From Spirochaetota bacterium (lineage in GTDB: Bacteria > Spirochaetota > UBA4802 > UBA5550), in assembly GCA_050298055.1 (NCBI GenBank), contig JBNKTL010000051.1, positions 1 through 35,569 of the forward strand: 35,569 bases of DNA, in the 5' to 3' direction. This document shows positions 33,689 to 35,569 of this stretch, piece by piece. Both the position numbers and the translations under genes were made by a program. The notes below the pieces were generated by a model that worked only from the letters and a program-made list of their open reading frames with translations, was not told where the DNA came from and searched no databases. The first letter of the stretch is position 1; each line of letters begins with the position of its first letter.

Positions 33689-34438
33689 TTAAAATGGTGC
33701 TATTTCACTCACTGCATCACATAAAACACCCTCTCCATCACTGCCATATGCACTGACTCGATAATAATATGTAGTCCCGCTTGTCAACCCCGTATCGGAA
33801 TGAGTAGCATTACTGCTAAAAGATGATAGTTCACTGCCAACATTTGTATATGGACCATTTATGCTGGTGGCACGATAAAAATTATATCCCTGAACATTAT
33901 ATTGAGTAGTTGCAAGACTATCATATACATTATCAATAGTAATAATTATTTCAGCTACTGTACCAGGGCTGGCACTTGCATTTGTAACCATAGGTATCAT
34001 TTTTAAATTAATTGTATTTGTTCCCGCATACAGGTCCCTTACTTCTCTTGCACCCCAGTTTTTATTACCACTATAATCTGAGATAACTTTAATTTCCCGA
34101 TCATGACCAGGTTCAACTTCAGTTGTAAAACTGGTGGCTCCCGAAGGAATTGCCAGACTCACATCACTCATACCCTCTCCGGTTATATAAAGAGTAAGGT
34201 CTCCCTGTGCATCAGGCCAGTTAGTCGGAGCAATCTGAGCATATGCTTTCGTGGCAAAAAATTCCAAAAACCGATCAAAAAGAGATTTTTGATTTTTTTT
34301 CATCTTTTCAACCGCTAAATCATTGCGGGTTATATTAATTGTAACACGAGCAGTTTTAACATCGTCACATTTCGTATTCATCAATATTATAGCTGAAAAA
34401 ACTAAAATAAAAAAAACACTATACGTTATTTTCTTCAT
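33689..34438 (-). CDS. Lipoprotein with C-terminal fibronectin type III domain
   Basis: Signal peptide ending NTKC; GYNFYRA...DTGLTSGTTYYYRVSAY...GEG; GGGAG RBS. Confidence 0.85.
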   Translation of the reverse strand: MKKITYSVFFILVFSAIILMNTKCDDVKTARVTINITRNDLAVEKMKKNQKSLFDRFLEFFATKAYAQIAPTNWPDAQGDLTLYITGEGMSDVSLAIPSGATSFTTEVEPGHDREIKVISDYSGNKNWGAREVRDLYAGTNTINLKMIPMVTNASASPGTVAEIIITIDNVYDSLATTQYNVQGYNFYRATSINGPYTNVGSELSSFSSNATHSDTGLTSGTTYYYRVSAYGSDGEGVLCDAVSEIAPF

Positions 34439-34819
34439 AATTGCTCCCTCTAGAAAGACATTTTGTTAATGCTCACGATTTGCCAATTTTATAAATTTTT
34501 ACAATTTATTCCACAAGTCCCTGTCAAATTAAAAAGGAACTGCCTTCCTGGCTGCACCACTGGCAGGTGCACAGACATAACATTCGTCTGCAGTCGCAAA
34601 AAAGGATATTTCAATAATGCTTGTACAAATCAACCGAACACATCAACATATACAATAGTAATGACTAATTTGAAAATGTCAATAAAAATGCAATAGCAAA
34701 CACTCTATTTATAGTGTTTGATTGAAATTCCGTTATAAAGTCAGCAATGAGTTTCGTTCCCCGTTTTCACTGGGACAGGGTTTACGGAAACTACAAAAGT
34801 ACAGGACTATTTAAGTATA

Positions 34820-35569
34820 TTATGGCCATTTGGGCTCTGTGTTTCCTATTCCCCAGCCTGTTGAAAACCCTGTATGATATGTAACGCTACTCACATTCCA
34901 TTCACTGAGATCATGATTTGAAAAAGCAGAAGCGTTATAAAACATATAATTCATAAATCTTACACTACTCACATCCCAACTGCTTATATCTTCGTTAAAA
35001 GAACTAGTAAAAATAAACATACCGCTCATATTTATGACATTGCTTACATTCCAGGAACCAATGTCTTGATTAAAAGAAGAGGCATCTTGAAACATTCTTG
35101 GCATATATATGACACTACTCACATCCCAGAAGCCAATGTCTTGATTAAAAGAAGAGGCATCTTGAAACATACTACTCATAGTTGTGACATTACTTACATT
35201 CCATGAACTGATATCTTGATTAAAAGAGGAGGCATCTTGAAACATACCACTCATAATTGTGACATTGCTTACATCCCATAAACTGATATCTTGATTAAAA
35301 GAGGAGGCACCAGAAAACATAAAACCCATAGTTGTGATATTGTTTACATCCCATGAACTGATATCAGTGTTAAAAGAGGAGGCACCAGAAAACAAATAAC
35401 TTATATTTGTAACACTACTCACATCCCAGGAGCTGATATCTCCGTTAAAAGAACTTGCGCCTTGAAACATACCACTTATATTTGTGACACCGCTCACATC
35501 CCAATTACTAAGATCTCCGTTAAAGGAACTGGCGTCACGAAACATCCCATACATTTCCGTAACACCGGA
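34820..35569 (-). CDS. DUF285/BspA-type (PARCEL-like) repeat surface protein, 5' partial
   Basis: About nine 25-aa repeats of [23 protein letters not shown]. The frame stays open to the window end (SGVTE before the Met). Confidence 0.93.
   Translation of the reverse strand, partial: SGVTEMYGMFRDASSFNGDLSNWDVSGVTNISGMFQGASSFNGDISSWDVSSVTNISYLFSGASSFNTDISSWDVNNITTMGFMFSGASSFNQDISLWDVSNVTIMSGMFQDASSFNQDISSWNVSNVTTMSSMFQDASSFNQDIGFWDVSSVIYMPRMFQDASSFNQDIGSWNVSNVINMSGMFIFTSSFNEDISSWDVSSVRFMNYMFYNASAFSNHDLSEWNVSSVTYHTGFSTGWGIGNTEPKWP

Noticed and set aside
34752..34812. c-di-GMP-I riboswitch or intact REP element
   Set aside because: There is only a degenerate CCCGTTTTCAC..GGG remnant; the GEMM consensus motifs are absent.
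34820..35569. Regularly spaced repeats as a CRISPR array
   Set aside because: The period is 75 bp, in frame and encoding DUF285 repeats. There are no unique spacers and no cas genes.

Overview
This is bacterial DNA, most consistent with an uncultured Spirochaetota genome; that call is an inference from the HAMP-adenylate cyclase/FecR pair, the lipoproteins and the outer-membrane barrels. A moderately GC-rich core (about 1.1-29 kb) is flanked by AT-rich accessory ends. Left to right the window holds: a truncated AT-rich ORF at a possible IS end, a LolA-like/FtsX-permease x2/ATPase ABC operon, an orphan helical protein, and an adenylate cyclase with an unusual phosphatase-like N-terminus followed by a FecR-Fn3 protein and a convergent Fn3-barrel gene. 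Next come a GNAT, a tightly coupled lamin-tail/CTD, barrel-HhH and barrel trio, a VOC enzyme coupled to an HTH-fused orphan N6-methyltransferase, cysteine synthase and an OMP. The most striking feature is a four-gene operon: a cytoplasmic PQQ-type beta-propeller, a membrane-anchored degenerate FHA-like protein, a 1276-aa divergent tubulin/FtsZ-like (Tubulin_2/FtsZl1-type) GTPase and DedA. The right end holds a SIR2-like protein, a DUF4258 toxin-antitoxin-like pair, pseudogene scars, lipoproteins and a partial DUF285/BspA-type repeat protein. A MITE family with GTAACTACTCAGC ends and a central GC hairpin recurs in intergenic regions; the best copy has an exact 8-bp target duplication. No rRNA, tRNA or CRISPR array was seen. 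All domain calls come from reading motifs by eye, not from database searches.
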